Assembly (NCBI RefSeq): GCF_009914755.1
Contig: NC_060942.1
From: the human T2T-CHM13v2.0 reference genome, Homo sapiens
DNA length: 64,000 nucleotides
Direction: 5' to 3' (one strand)
The translations under genes and the position numbers were made by a program. A model generated the notes under the pieces. It had not been told where the DNA came from. It did no database searches and saw only the letters and a list, made by a program, of their open reading frames with translations. Below are positions 25,841 through 40,365 of this stretch, piece by piece. Position 1 is the stretch's first letter, and every line of letters starts with the position of its first letter.

Positions 25841-27317
25841 TTTTTTTATTGATTTAGGCGCTGAATATTTTTGAGCAATTTCTATATGATAAGCAGTTTT
25901 TAGGTAAGTATTTGTTTTTTATTCTGCTTTTTTCATCTCTTTCTCCTCTTCCTTCTCTCTCACAACATGTAGCAAAGTTAAATGTTCAATGGCAATAAAA
26001 ATGAGTGAGAAAAAAAGAGAAGGATAAGACACTTGAGAGACAGAAATGGGAAAGAGAAAAGATAAAATTAAGTGGAGGCAAAGGCAAAGAAAGAAAACAG
26101 AAGAAAAGAAATCACAATTATGGGTAACAGGGAGGAACAGTGAACACTTGAAGAGAGTGGGTAAAGAGAGAAACTACTGAATTACAGTCTTCTCCAAGCT
26201 ATGAGCTTTAAAATATTTAAACTGCTTCAACACAAACCAGCTGTTTCTGTTGTGAGGCTATTCAAGTTGATCCAAAAAGCTAATTTCTATGGTCCTCTTG
26301 GATTCAAGGATTGAAACTATGGTTTTATTTGTCAGTTCTTTCCATTTTTGGATTTAATTCCTATTTTTTTTCTGCTTGAAGCCAAACAAGCTTAAAATAT
26401 GAGGACTGAGGACATAACATAATGTGAATGTCAAGGAGAAGTTTCTATTGGAAACAGTGCTCTGGTTTGACAAGACCATCAGAAGCGGAAAACTGACATA
26501 ACCTTAATGTATATAAGTAGATAAGGCTACTCCCCAAGGGGTTCAATATGCTTTTATAGATTTATCATTCTATCTTCCTTCCAAGTTTTGTAGGAAAAAT
26601 GAGATGACTCTTTTGTTTGCAAATTTACAGATAAATAAATCAAGACAGACTTGTGTAATAACTTGCACAAGGTCACTCTAGAAAATGAATGGAGAAGTCA
26701 GGAATGTAGTCCAGTTCTCTAATTCTAACCCAGTAAACATTAGTTAGCAGAATATCTTGTTTTTTTAAAGAAACTCAAAGCCTTAATGAGGAGCTGCAAC
26801 TTGATAAATGAAATACATTCAAAATGTTTGGCCCTATTTTATTTCTTAGGTTTGTGTCTGTACATATTAAATGTGGATGGGAACAGCAAAACCCAATAAA
26901 TTATATTTGGCAGGAAAGAAGTAGAATAAGTTGGTGTTTTCACTATTAGGATTTAAACATTTCATTGGATTTTAGATATCTAATGGATTTGGGATATGGC
27001 TCTTTAATATTTCCGTGTATTTAGTTGTCTGAAATTAGTATTGGTCAGCCAGCCTCCCCTCCCCTTGCATTTCAGGTTAATGCCAACAACAATGTGTGTG
27101 TCCAAGAGGGTTTGGAGGAGCAATGGAGGGGTGCACCCTGACTCTGACACCTTGTTCTAAAGTATACAGTTGCTAGACAGAGTTCTTCTTCTTGTTCTCT
27201 GGAATGTGGTGAAGAGGAAGGAACCAGCTGTCTTGTGTTGCAATTTCAAAATGTCAAGTTTTCTTTTTATGTGTGTGTGTTATGGCCATGGATTGGCAAG
27301 AAAAAGATTTTCACAGG

Positions 27318-28271
27318 TGAAGGGGAGGTCTTCCCCTCCACACCTGTGGGCGTTTCTCGTCGGGGGGCGGGGGTACGAGAGACTGAGAAAAGAAAGAGAT
27401 ACAGAGACAAAGTATAGAGAAAGAAAAGTGGGCCCAGGGGATCCGCGCTCAGCATATGGTCTCTGAGTTCCCTCAGTATTTATTGATTATTATCTCTACC
27501 ATCTCTGAGAGGGGGATGTGGCAGGACAATAGGGTAACAGTGGGGAGAGGGTCAGCAGGAAAACATGTGAACAAATGTCTCTGTATCATAAACAAGGTAA
27601 AGAAAAAGGTGCTGTGCTTTGATGTGCATATACATAAACATCTCAATGCATTAAAGAGCAGTATTGCCACCAGCATGTCTCAACTCCAGTCCTAAGGTGG
27701 TTTTCTCCTGTCTCAGTAGATGGAATATACCATAGGGTTTTACACCGAGACATTCCATTGCCCAGGGATGAGCAGGAGACAGATGCTTTCCTCTTATCTC
27801 AACTGCAAAGAGGCCTTCCTCTTTTACTAATCCTCCTCAGCACAGACCATTTATGGGTGTCAGGCTGGGGGACGATCAGGTCTTTCCCTTCCCACAAGGC
27901 CACATTTCAGACTATCACATGGGGAGAAACCTCGGACAATACCTGGCTTTCCTAGGCAGAGGTCCCTGCCGCCTTCCGTGGTGTTTTATTTCCCTGGGTA
28001 CTTGAGATTAGGGAGTGGTGATGACTTTTAACAGCACGCTGCCTTCAAGCATTTGTTTAACAAAGCACATCCTGCATAGCCCTAAATCCATTAAACGTTG
28101 AGTCGACACAGCACTTGTTTCGGGGAGCACAGGGTTGGGGGTAGGGTTACAGATAAACAGCATCTCAAGGCAGAAGAATTTTTCTTAGTACAGAGCAAAA
28201 TGGAGTCTCTTATGTCTACTTCTTTCTACATAGACACAGTAACAGTCTGACTTCTCTTTCTTTTCCCCACA
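27318..28271 (-). mobile_element. HERV-K(HML-2) solo LTR (LTR5A/B type)
   Basis: Minus strand begins tgtggggaaaagaaagagaagtcagactgttactgtgtctatgtagaaag and ends ...tgtggagggg...ccccttca; 954 bp; perfect 6-bp TSD CACAGG at 27312-27317 and 28272-28277. Confidence 0.95.
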
Positions 28272-28535
28272 CACAGGCAAGGGGGATGAGTCCATAAGAT
28301 GACACTGGAAAAGGGGATTGGCTTGAGTGCACCAGGGGGCCAGAGACATGGGTCATCCCTGGTGACGGGAGTTGGAATGCTCCCCTGAGATGGAGACTGG
28401 AAGTACAAGAAAGAAGAAAGTTGTTGTGAGGTCAGGAGCATGGTGGCTGGATAGATCTTCAAAGTATGAAGAGCATTAGCTTTTGCGTCAGATTGCCTAG
28501 GTCTTCCACCTATTAATTGGGTGATTTTAGGACAA

Positions 28536-28955
28536 TGTCATCATTTGTGGCTCCCTAGAATCAGACCTTAAGTCAAGGGTTGAGAACAAGTTATTAATTT
28601 AGTGTTGATTCCAGGAAACACTGGCAGGAGAGTAGGGAACTGAGAAAGGAAAGGCACAGAATATAGGGTGGATTATTGAGCAAGTTAGCACAGTGGGAAT
28701 AGGAGCTGAATTCTACTGAGGAGCCCTCAGAACAAATGTAGAGCATATCTCCCCAGAGTTATTCCACACAATCCTATCAGCTGTGGTTAAAGGTTTCTGC
28801 AGGGCGAGTTCTGGCAATTCCAGTCTGCTCTACAGGCGGGCAGGGTGGACTCACTCAGGCAGAGTCACAGGTGTGGGTAGTTGGTTGGAAGTCTGGCTGG
28901 AGTGCAAAAGAATGTTAAGAGATGAATAAATATGGGAAGGCACAGCTAGCACTCT
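28536..28955 (-). mobile_element. Old MLT1 (J/K/L-like) LTR nested in a MIR
   Basis: ctccctagaatcagacct...caagggtt motif; MIR-like sequence on both sides (about 28465-28535 and 28960 onward). Confidence 0.55.
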
Positions 28956-31900
28956 TACAGAGAGTCCATTAACATTCCTGAGTCTGTTTCCTCATTTTTA
29001 AAGTGGGAATTCCAAGAACTATTTTGGAAACGTTGAAATGTAAGTGAAGGCATTGGCTGGGATCCAGGACCCCAAACACTCTGTCTTACCATAGTAAGAG
29101 GTCTCAATTCTGTCTTCCTATACTCACTCTTCCTTTGGAAGTGTCCATGGTGTATGTTTGTGTCTATGCACACAAACAAGGCTGAGAAAAGGAACACCCT
29201 ACAACTAGATGGAACCCTAATCCTGTTCAGCTAAGACTATATAGATCTGTGGGAATTCTGTTGCTCAGAGAAGGCAATCCTAACTTTGGGCAGGAGGTCT
29301 CTTTGGACCCTTTAACCAAGAGCCATGCCAAAATATCAGCCCTCTGATTCTCAAACTCTGATACTGGGAAAAGGTAAGTCTTTTAGAGAATTAACTAGAT
29401 AAATGCAGTTATAAAGTACCTAGTACAGTACCTGACATATAGTGTCTGCCATATAGTAGGTTTCTCCAAAATGTGAATGCATCCTGTCTCTATGCCTTTC
29501 TTCTCTGATTTTCTTTAAATACCGGGCATATCATCTATAACGCTGCTTTCCCAACTTCAGATTAAGATGACCATGGGAACAGTCCCTGTGTGCATAAGCA
29601 GTTGACAGAGGTGGATGCTAATTCAATTAATAGTATCCATAGGCCAGTGAGCAACCAATGAGGGGACCTGGAGCAAAAGACACTGTCCAAGTGGGTAGAG
29701 AGTAACTAGCTAAATCAATGTGTCCATCTCCCTTTTGGGCTGTAGACTGGAAAATATGGAGAGTGGCCAGTTATTACGGGGTAGGAGGAGAGAGAGAGAG
29801 AGATGAAGAGAGAAGAGGAGGCACAAAAGTAGCAGAATAGGAGTCTGAGAGGGCATCTGAGTCAAGATAAGGTGAAGCTGGGGGCTATGACGTAAGTGAC
29901 ACTCCTTTTCCAGGAAGCAGCATATACCTGCCCCCAACCCTGCCCAACATGCCAATGCCTACTAGTCCAAAGCCACCTGAGTCCTGGGAGCAGCATTGCC
30001 ATGTGCGAGAGTAGTAGGGGCACTGGCAGGAATGCACTCCATTCGTCTCACTGGATTAAGCATCTACTGGTCCCAGATCAGATTGGCCTGTGTCAGCACC
30101 TTTGAGTGAAACACACGCCCCTCTGGCTTATGTCACTTGCATATTTGACAACTCAGCTATACTTAAGACAGCTCCCCAAAGCCTGCTCTAACCCTCACTG
30201 GAGAGCAGGCAGCTCACACTCTGGTGCTACCATGTGTTACCTGGGCCCTGAGTTAGGAAGAGAGATTGCCTGTGGTATCAGATCATGCCATGGGGATTCT
30301 GAGTCCATGCTGAGTGGGGTTTCTTTTCAGGATTTCATTCTGAGAAAGAATGCAAAGGAAGAATATAGAATTACACTAGCAGCAAAGCAGAAGGACAGAA
30401 GGGAAGACAGGAGTCAAGTGGGTTGTCATATGATGAGGTCAGAGTGAATAGAGCACTAACAAAACTAAGCGAGCATCAAATGGATATTTGCAAGGTCTAT
30501 GTATGCATGCATTCAGATACATTTTATCATCTTTATTTTTTAGAATATTATTTCATTAACTCTAAGTTTTGCAGCTTTTTGGGGTTTCCAAAATGGGTTA
30601 CCTCTCCTAAAAACAGTTGTACTTGATTCAAGATATCAATTAAATGGGTACTGGAGGCAGCCATGGCCACAGCCTCTCCTTTTGTTCCCTTTCTTTGTGA
30701 GGGCAAGTATAGGTTGCACTGATCCTGACCTTTTGGCCTGAGGATGGAAGTCTTCAGTATCTGTACAACTTTACTCCCAAGAGCTGGTGTAGAATGAGTT
30801 CCTCTGGCCATGGGAGGATCACAGAGGGGCGCCTGCCACCAGCAGCCCAGCCTCAGTAAGTGCAATGTGCAGTTGGCAGAGGGGAGGGAGCTGGGGGCAC
30901 GCCAACCCTTTCTGTTACTTCCTGTAGGCATAGCCCAAGTCTCAGGAAGCAGAATATACATGGGGTGGGGTGGGGTGGGGTGGGGGAGGTGAGGGGAGCT
31001 GTTTCTGCCCCCACCCATTACCTACTAGTCCAAAGCCACTTGAGCCATGGGAACAGCAATGCTAACCACAATAGCTGCAGGGACCTGGAAGGGGATTGTT
31101 GATGCATCCAACTGCAATGCTCTTTTACATTGAGATGTTGATGGACAGGCTTCTACCTAGTCTTCTCTAGAGATACACATATCATAAAGCAGGCAAGTAT
31201 AACTCTCTACACATTCCTTAGATGCTGTATCATTACCCCCTTCCCTCACTACAATTCTGTAATCTGCACCTTGGGAGGAACAAACACGTCTTATTGCACC
31301 TTGCCCAGAAATAGTATCACAGCTTATTAACTCCATCTACTCCCCACACAAGGGATAACGACTGTCCACTGAAGGGGTAAGGAAGTCTCAAGTGCCACAC
31401 AAGGAATTTTCCTAGGGCCTTCCATCATTTTAGGCCAATAGTAACTCACCTATAGCCAGTACTGTAGCAAGTTGAAAGTGTATGGATTTGGGTACCATTC
31501 ATCTGTAAAAACCAAAGAAAAGACTTGCCCTTCTGGATTAATTCACAGACCTGTGGGAAGACCCTCTTGTCTCACCTGTGACTCATGACCATATTTTGAG
31601 ATCCCCAAGTCCCTGGAGCCTGCTTCCTCCTGAGCAAAGAGGGTTGTCTTTATTTCAACGGGCAAGGAAAGTCCATTTGTTTGTCTCCACTCCTGCCAGG
31701 GCTCCACTCTCCTTCAGTTACAGGAGACCTCCTGAAGCAAGGCTGGAGGGAGAGGCTGTGTGGTAAGAGTGAGCTTTGAATGAGTATGGACTGAGGGCTT
31801 CACATGCACCAGATGCTGCACAAAATAATTGAATTTAATCCTCACTCTGGCTCTGACAGGTGGTTGAGATCATATTTTTATTAAACTTACTCAGCATTTT

Positions 31901-31989
31901 ATAATGGGCAATTAATTGCTGGAGGTGGGATTAAAATCCAGTCTTGTCCAGCTCCAAAATGGTATGTCTCTCACTACCTAACCCATGCT

Positions 31990-32860
31990 TTCCTCTCGGT
32001 GACATCACATCTGTAACTATAGGAGTGTTTCCTTGCTATCAGATCCAAATGAATACAATCCTTTGTACCGAGTTACCTTGAGGTAGCCAAATGTGCCGGA
32101 GTCAACTCTAGTTAGAATGAATGAGGACATCATCCCACCTTTGGTTGCTTCAGCTCTCCAGTTTAAAATAATATATGTTGGGTACCAAGAAGCTCTACTG
32201 AACATCATTGTTGGAATGACCAAAGTACTAGGCTCTTGCTCCTGGACAACAATGATATAAGTCAGCACTGCCTGGACTTTGGGTCTCTCCTCAGGTAGCA
32301 TAAACCACACAGAGATTGTGATCATCTGCTCAGCTTTTATGTCAGCCTTGCAACAAATCTCCTTATCTTCATGGGATCTTTATCTTCACTTCTGCCTCCA
32401 CACTACTGTTAGAAACACATATACTGAGACTTGGTGGTTATGGAGTAATAATATCTTCACTCCATCAATGTTGTTTTTTTTCAAGAAAATTTATTTTAAA
32501 TCTTGGCACTTCCACAGCTGCAAAAAATCTGGGAGAACAAGCCAGCACTTGTGGAGCTGTGTGTGTTAGCTGGATCAGGGGTGAAGGGGGGCAAGCTGAA
32601 GTACCTTTCAACCCCTGATAAACTCCCAGGGACCAAGGAACCTGGTCCCCATGGCTTTTTATCACTGAGATGCTAGCTCTATAATGCCATCTCCATGGTG
32701 ATTTCTACATTGAAGAAGAACATTTATTTCCTGCCACCAGTAAGAGACCACCTGAGTGTTCAGTTGCAGTATCTTCAACTCCCCAGATGCATCAGTAGCA
32801 TTGTCTTCTCTGGGCTTCTCTTATAGAACTCTTTTTTAGCAAAGTCAAGTTTCCATATTC
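31990..32860 (-). mobile_element. Degraded ERVL-like pol (RNase H/integrase) remnant
   Basis: Minus translation FILTRVDSGTFGY resembles ERVL integrase VLTGIDTYSGY. Boundaries approximate. Confidence 0.45.
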
Positions 32861-33689
32861 TAGGTAGTAACTTATCAGATGGATGTTCAAAACGATGGAA
32901 GCAAAGCATTCATGTATTGCATTTCAGTTATTTTCTCTGGGGTTTTATCACCCTTCAGGTGGTTGTCTCCAAAATAACAGGTGTCATTCTGCTCTATTAA
33001 TCTGGTTCCCCTACCTTTATCCAGGCACTTTTCTCTTCAGCGTCTTCTTCAAGGTATTTCCAGTTGCCCGCCCTGAACTGTTTCAGAATGAGGAGGACAC
33101 CTGGAGGAATCTACACGTGCATAGACCAATTTGCAAAAGAACCTGTGAGCCAACGTAGGTTGTGAGATGCATATCCCACATCCAGTTCAGCCCAGTAACT
33201 TGGGAAATGGGGGAGAGGTAGCTCTGAAGACCAGACTTAGTACATTTTTACCCCCATCCATGCTTGCAACTGTAAGTTGATCTTAAATTAGTACTTTTAA
33301 CCAAGTCAACCTCAATCACTTGAATAGGATACCCAGCTGAAAAACTTGGGGTCACTGAATCAATCTCTTATCTGTAAGAGATAATGATGCCCACCCAATG
33401 GGGTTCTGAAAAATATGTAATGCCTGACATGTAGTGTATACTCACTGAATGTGGCTTTTAACCACAACCTTTATATTTTTGCCGAGTATCACCTTTCTGC
33501 AGCAACCGTGAGAACCTCGCGCTAAGCTTGTCTTAGATTGCTCATTCCTTTCCTATATTTAGACACCAAACTCCATTCATTTTCCCCTTGAAATGTTCAT
33601 TCCCATGATCAAGATTTTGCTTAAACACATTTTGTTTTCATGTCCAGATTATTACCTCAGCTGGAAGAATTAATAAGCAACACGTTCAC

Positions 33690-34700
<1,011 letters not shown>

Positions 34701-35938
34701 AAAGGAAAATACAGGATACAATTTCAGGAAAAATTTCATACCAATTTCCTGAGGTAATTTCTGAACTCGAACATTTTCAGTGCCACCACATTGTGTTTCC
34801 TGCTGAATCAAGTCTAAATCACTTCGGTTTTTAAAGCCTTCCACGATCCTTTCCTGAACACTGTAGTTTTCACTGATGGTTGGCTGTTTCAAACTCCCAT
34901 ATGATCCATACTGTATCATTAATAAGCAAGCAAGGAATAACACACCCTCTGCTATTCTGTGCAGTGTTTCAGGTTTTTAGTTTTCTCTTTCAAGATAGAA
35001 AATCCCTTTAGAGTAGGAACTCGGCTGGCACTTTCTTTCACATCCTGCATAGCACTTAGCAAAGTTCTGTACACAGGGCACATGTGGAAATTGCTTATTG
35101 ATTGATTAAAAGCATATATCACTGGCATTTGTATCTTCAGTATTTCTCTTGTATGAAGAAGGGTGATTATCTGTCAATATTCATTGCATCATTGAACCAA
35201 TGTACAATGCATTAATCATCACTGAGATAACCAGATGAGGCTTTATTGTAATCTCCTTCTATTTTGCTGAGATAATTTCACTTGCTTTAGAGTTTATGAG
35301 GCCATAAGTGGCTCCCATCTGTTGATGAACATATTTCTAAGAGTCATTTAGTCTCAAGTATGGAATACTTGAGGGGAAGTTAAATTGTAACTTTTATATT
35401 AAGTGTCATCTTAGTAACAGAACCAAAATTGGAAGCATGTGTTCAATTTTGGTTTTTCATTTTCAAAGCTTTAGGTCAGGCAAAGAATTAATTTCATTTG
35501 TTTACAAAGTAGATTATGCCTAATAAAATCTATTTTGTTTATGGTCACATTTTAATCAATCCACTGCTTTAGAAAATGAGAGAATTCTGATTGGCTAATC
35601 ATTCAACATAGTAAATTACATTATTCCACATCCACAGAACACTGGCCTAATTGCATTATCCAGTAATGATAAAAATATTCCTTTTAATACATTTTGAGCA
35701 AGGCATATACCAGTGATGAAACAGGGAAGAATCTTGTTTATTCCATCCTTGTTTGATGATCGACCACAGAATATAACATAACACTTCTGTGTATAAGAAT
35801 TTTTTCAACATTAAGGATAATAAGGACAAGGTAGTTTTCACTGGATCCTTACTGGTACTCTGAATTTTCACTATTTGTCCGCATTTCTTCTCCTTCCCGG
35901 AAATTTGTTTTCTGGGAAAAACAAGTGCTACTTTGTCA

Positions 35939-35981
35939 AATAAAGCTTAAATAAAATTGGTTTCAATTTATGCATAATAAA
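35939..35981 (+). promoter_or_regulatory. Triple AATAAA cluster, candidate 3' end of the plus-strand antisense lncRNA
   Basis: AATAAA at 35939, 35950 and 35976. Confidence 0.4.
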
Positions 35982-36419
35982 AGGAATGCCTAGTGACTTT
36001 CTATCTCTAGTGGGAGGTAGAAAACTCTCCAGGGTGACTTTATTCACTCCAGAGGTTCTGGTGAGCACCAAGGAACATTACCTCTGCAAAATGCAGACAT
36101 ACGCAAAAGGATGCATCAAATTTAAGAGAAGTCCGTAGATAGATATCTGAGGGATCTGCCTTAGGGGATGTAGACCATATATACAACACGAATTCCACAG
36201 AATTAGCCTGGTATTCACGATCACTGTTTCTTAAAACATAACTCTTTTATGTTACCAAGCAACTTTTATCTGAGATGATGACTACTCGAATACTTCTTTT
36301 GCATATCGCCAGAAAATATCAAGTTTTCATTTGAGTCCTTAATTCAAGTTCTTTATCACAAGAAGAAAGAATAGCATGGATAAAATGGTTTAAAGGTAGC
36401 CAAAAAAAAAACAAAACAT

Positions 36420-36487
36420 TGTATTTTAGAATGCATATTCAAACATATTCCAAAAAATACTGTATTTTAGAATGCATATTCAAACAT
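36420..36487. repeat. 27-bp direct repeat, period 41
   Basis: tgtattttagaatgcatattcaaacat at 36420-36446 and 36461-36487. Confidence 0.95.
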
Positions 36488-39400
36488 GATGACAAGTGGG
36501 CTCTGTGGCTCATATTGACAATAGCTTTAACCTATGAAGTGAGTGTCTTTCTATACGGAGGTGATGAGTTACTCAATACTGAACGGCTCTACTAAATTGT
36601 GCTTTTGGCTATTAGAACTTGGCTACTGCCTTTCGTTGCTATGTGTTGAGAGAAAAATCTCAAATGATGATGCTAACCATTTTGCTAATAAAATATGCTA
36701 AGCTGAAACATTTCAGTTACTCAGTTCATCTTCTGGTACAGATGCTAGCAAGCAGAGAAGGATATGATTTGAAAAACTCAACAGAAAGGAGGAAAAAGAT
36801 GAGAAAAAGATTGACTAGAAAATTATTCATGGAATATATTTCACCAGCCTATTGGGTGTTAGCATCTTAGGTGGTGTGGTTAATGCTAATTTACATTAAA
36901 TGGTAAATTAACTATTTTTATTTTTCATAAATGGTACATTTTCAGTACGGAGTTTCAGTATTCCATATTTTCTCACATGGGTACATACACAATGACACTG
37001 TTATTACTAACAATAAAGAACTTGTAAGAGAGTTTTTAGAAGTAACATGCTTTTCTAAGAAACACAAAGAAAACATTTTATAATGAGTGAAAATGAAGGT
37101 TTTTACTTCAAATTCTCTTTTTATTTCCATGATATTTCTGCCTGGGCTCTGCCAAGGAAAACTGGCAGTGGGCAACGGATTATGCCAATGTATACTTTTT
37201 TCCCCTCTGAGTTTTTAATCTCTTTTCAGGTGACAAATAGTTTTCTCTTAGACCAGATTCACTTTATTTTTCACTTACTTAATTAAAAAAGTAATTTACC
37301 GCTCAACAGGGACCCCGGAGTATATGTATGCTCATCTTCATGGTTAAAACACTTTGAAAAAAGACATACCACATCATAAAAATCTGTATTCCAGGGTCTC
37401 AGAACAGACTGCTTCAGTATTGGTGTCAGAATTGGGGGATTAATTAGGGTGGTCATAAGTGAGATCATTTAATTAATAGAACAGCTTCCAGAAGAGGTGG
37501 GAGTGTAGTATAATGGTGGGGAGAAAGGAATTCAGAATGAGATACACCTGGATTCACATTTGAGGGCTGCCACTCATCAGCGGAGTGCCATTAAGGAAAG
37601 ATATTTAAAGCATCCCAGAATAGTGGCTGTTGCTCACACTGTAGATAGCATTGGATTGCCTTATTTAATCCTGGCATGACCACTTATGCATGCATGATTT
37701 TAGACGAACTAATTCGCCTCACTAAGATGAATCTTTTGATTTGTTCCTACTTCGCAGGGTCACTGTTGTGAGGTTTAAGAGAGATAATTTAATGTAAAAT
37801 TTAGCATAATGCCTACACACAAAAAGCTTGTCAAGCATTTAATAATAATACCGACCATTATTATTACTAATGTCGTGCTAAATGTGGCAGGACCTGAAAA
37901 ATTACTAAATCTGATTTCAAGCCTGAGTTTCCACCTGTATAAAGTGGAGATTAAAATCCTGGTCCTCACAGGGTTGTTGTAACAAAACATGAGATATGGA
38001 GCACTGAGTGATTAGCACAATTATTGATGGCAATTATTCAGAAGCATTGAGTGCTTGAATGAGAGCTGTCTGTATATTTGATTGTGAATAGTTCTCACAG
38101 TGTTTATTCCAACCACTATTTTCTTCTTGGTGGTCATGCTTTTAAAACATCTGAAGGCCATATTCTCAGCTTTGCTTTGTCTTGTCAATCTAGATACCTT
38201 TCCACAGGTACCCTTCACATTTTAACTTTCTTGGCTTCCAATTAAAGAGGCAAAGCCCAGCACTTCGACATTTACACTTAAGTATTTTCTAGGTAGAAGC
38301 CATCTGACCTTTAAAAAAGACATCTTTTATAAATTCTTCTTTGTTAACCACCATTAGTGTCACCACTTTTCGATCCTTTCAGTCCTTCTTTCAGGATTTT
38401 GAAAAAGACTCGTAAATTGGATAGCTTTTCTAAAAGTGCAACTCTCTCAATTCTGAAGGTAATCTTAAAAGGGAATTAGGGACATGTGGGATCTTTACTA
38501 GCTCCATTAGTGCCAAACTTGCAAAGAGAAACTATCTTTAAGTCAAAATTGTCTCCTTGAGTGCGTGGCCATTTTGATAAGAATAGTGCAAGGTAATGCA
38601 ATCCCACTTTAAATTTAGAAGTTCTAAAGTTCACACTACACTGAAAAGTCATCAGTGAGTGGCACTGCCATGCTTACATTAGAGGAAAGAATCAGGTACT
38701 CAAGTCTTGAACCAGGCAAACCATTTAATGTTCTGCAGGCAATATGGATATGGACATACAGGTAAAAAGAAGATCTGGATCTCCCTGCCCTTCAATTCTT
38801 TCATTTCCTGACTGTGTGACCATTATTCATAATGACCATGTGCAGTCTTGGCTTGTTCCTTCTGTTTTTGGTTTAGAATCCTTACCTGGGAGGGGAAGGA
38901 AGGATACCTTGTTCCTGCCTTATAAGAATCAATGACACAGCAGGTTTGAACATTCCGGTGTATAGGGAGTAGACTCTAAATTTAGCAGCCCCTCTAGCTA
39001 CTAGAATAAGAATTTAGTGATCTGAAGAATTTACATTCTGCCAGCAGTTGATCGAGTTCTTATGATATGCAAGGCCCAACGTTGGACATGGAAATGAACC
39101 AAACACAATCTCTTCCCTTTAGGGCAATACTAGGTAGTTTCAAAAATCATGTTGGGATATAAATGATTAGAATATAGGGTAGAAAATATCTATAGCAAAA
39201 GGGCAGAGAAAATAAAATGGGGTCATGGAAGAGAGTGAGATTATTCTTGGCTATGTGATAAAGGAAAGCTTCATGGAGAAGGTAGTATTTGAGTTAGGTC
39301 TTATATGAGTAAATTTTGTACATGAAGAGAAGGGGATTAGTACGTTGATGAAATAGTTTTATAAAGAACCAACAGTTTTATATAAAGGAGTAGAATGGGA

Positions 39401-39659
39401 AATAAGTCTAGGAAGGTGGGGAGAATCCTCTCCAAAGGAGTACAAGATCCCAAGGCTTTGTATTTCATACTCCAAGGTTAGAAACGTATTGTATGGCTTT
39501 CCATCAGAATCACATATTGAGTTTTTGAAATTGCAAATGTCTGAGCAGGATCATTCCCAACATTTGTGGGGCCTAGAGCAAGAGCATGAATGGAGGTCCA
39601 CATACTATATGTCGAACTATTTCAAAGTGTTAAAGGAAGCTGCACCCAAGACCTGGTCC

Positions 39660-40365
39660 TTGTTCCCATCCAAGGGACTGCTTTGGGACTAGGAGGCTTA
39701 AGAAGCCCTGCTGTCCCTCAAGGCCATCCTGCACTAGAGGCCTGATTCATTGCTTGGAACTTCACGGGGGAAACAGGACGGACCCTGGACTTAGCCTGGG
39801 GACTCGTGGGCAGGGCCTGCATCTGCCCCCATCAAGGATGGAAATGACTCAGTCCAGGTCTTCTGGTTACTGAAGGAAAAGGTTCTCCTACCTCATGTTT
39901 TACTTTTCTGATTCCAGATTACCAGGAGGTTCTAAGCACCAGGTGAAACTATACTCACCCACTCCATACCCCCTCCCCAAGCAGAGGGGAAGGTAGAAGT
40001 ACAGTTACCTGGGGAACACAGTCTGCCTATATATCCTCCCACTTCAGGGGCTACTGGGTGGCTATCCAGAAACTAAAGCATCCCTTCTTTCTTTGATTTC
40101 ACAGGGCCCACACAGCCTGACCTCTCTCAATAAGGGGATTTCACTCTTTTTTTGGTCTATCCCATTTGCCCAGATGACCCAGTTCAGCTGCTATGTTCCT
40201 TTCCATGTTTTGTGTGCTCTCAATTGGTCATGAAACTTTAAAACATGAGACTCAGAAAAAAAAACCTGTCTTTGCATGACTGTGTTTGTGATGCTTGGAG
40301 ACTCCTAAAGCCTGTGACCTTTCTTGGTCTCGTCTGAGGGTTGTGCTGTGTCTTAACCCAAGTCT
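39660..40365 (+). mobile_element. Probable old LTR, family not recognised
   Basis: GC-richer block with TATA-like cctatatat (about 40026) and U5-like 3' end; weak support. Confidence 0.3.
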
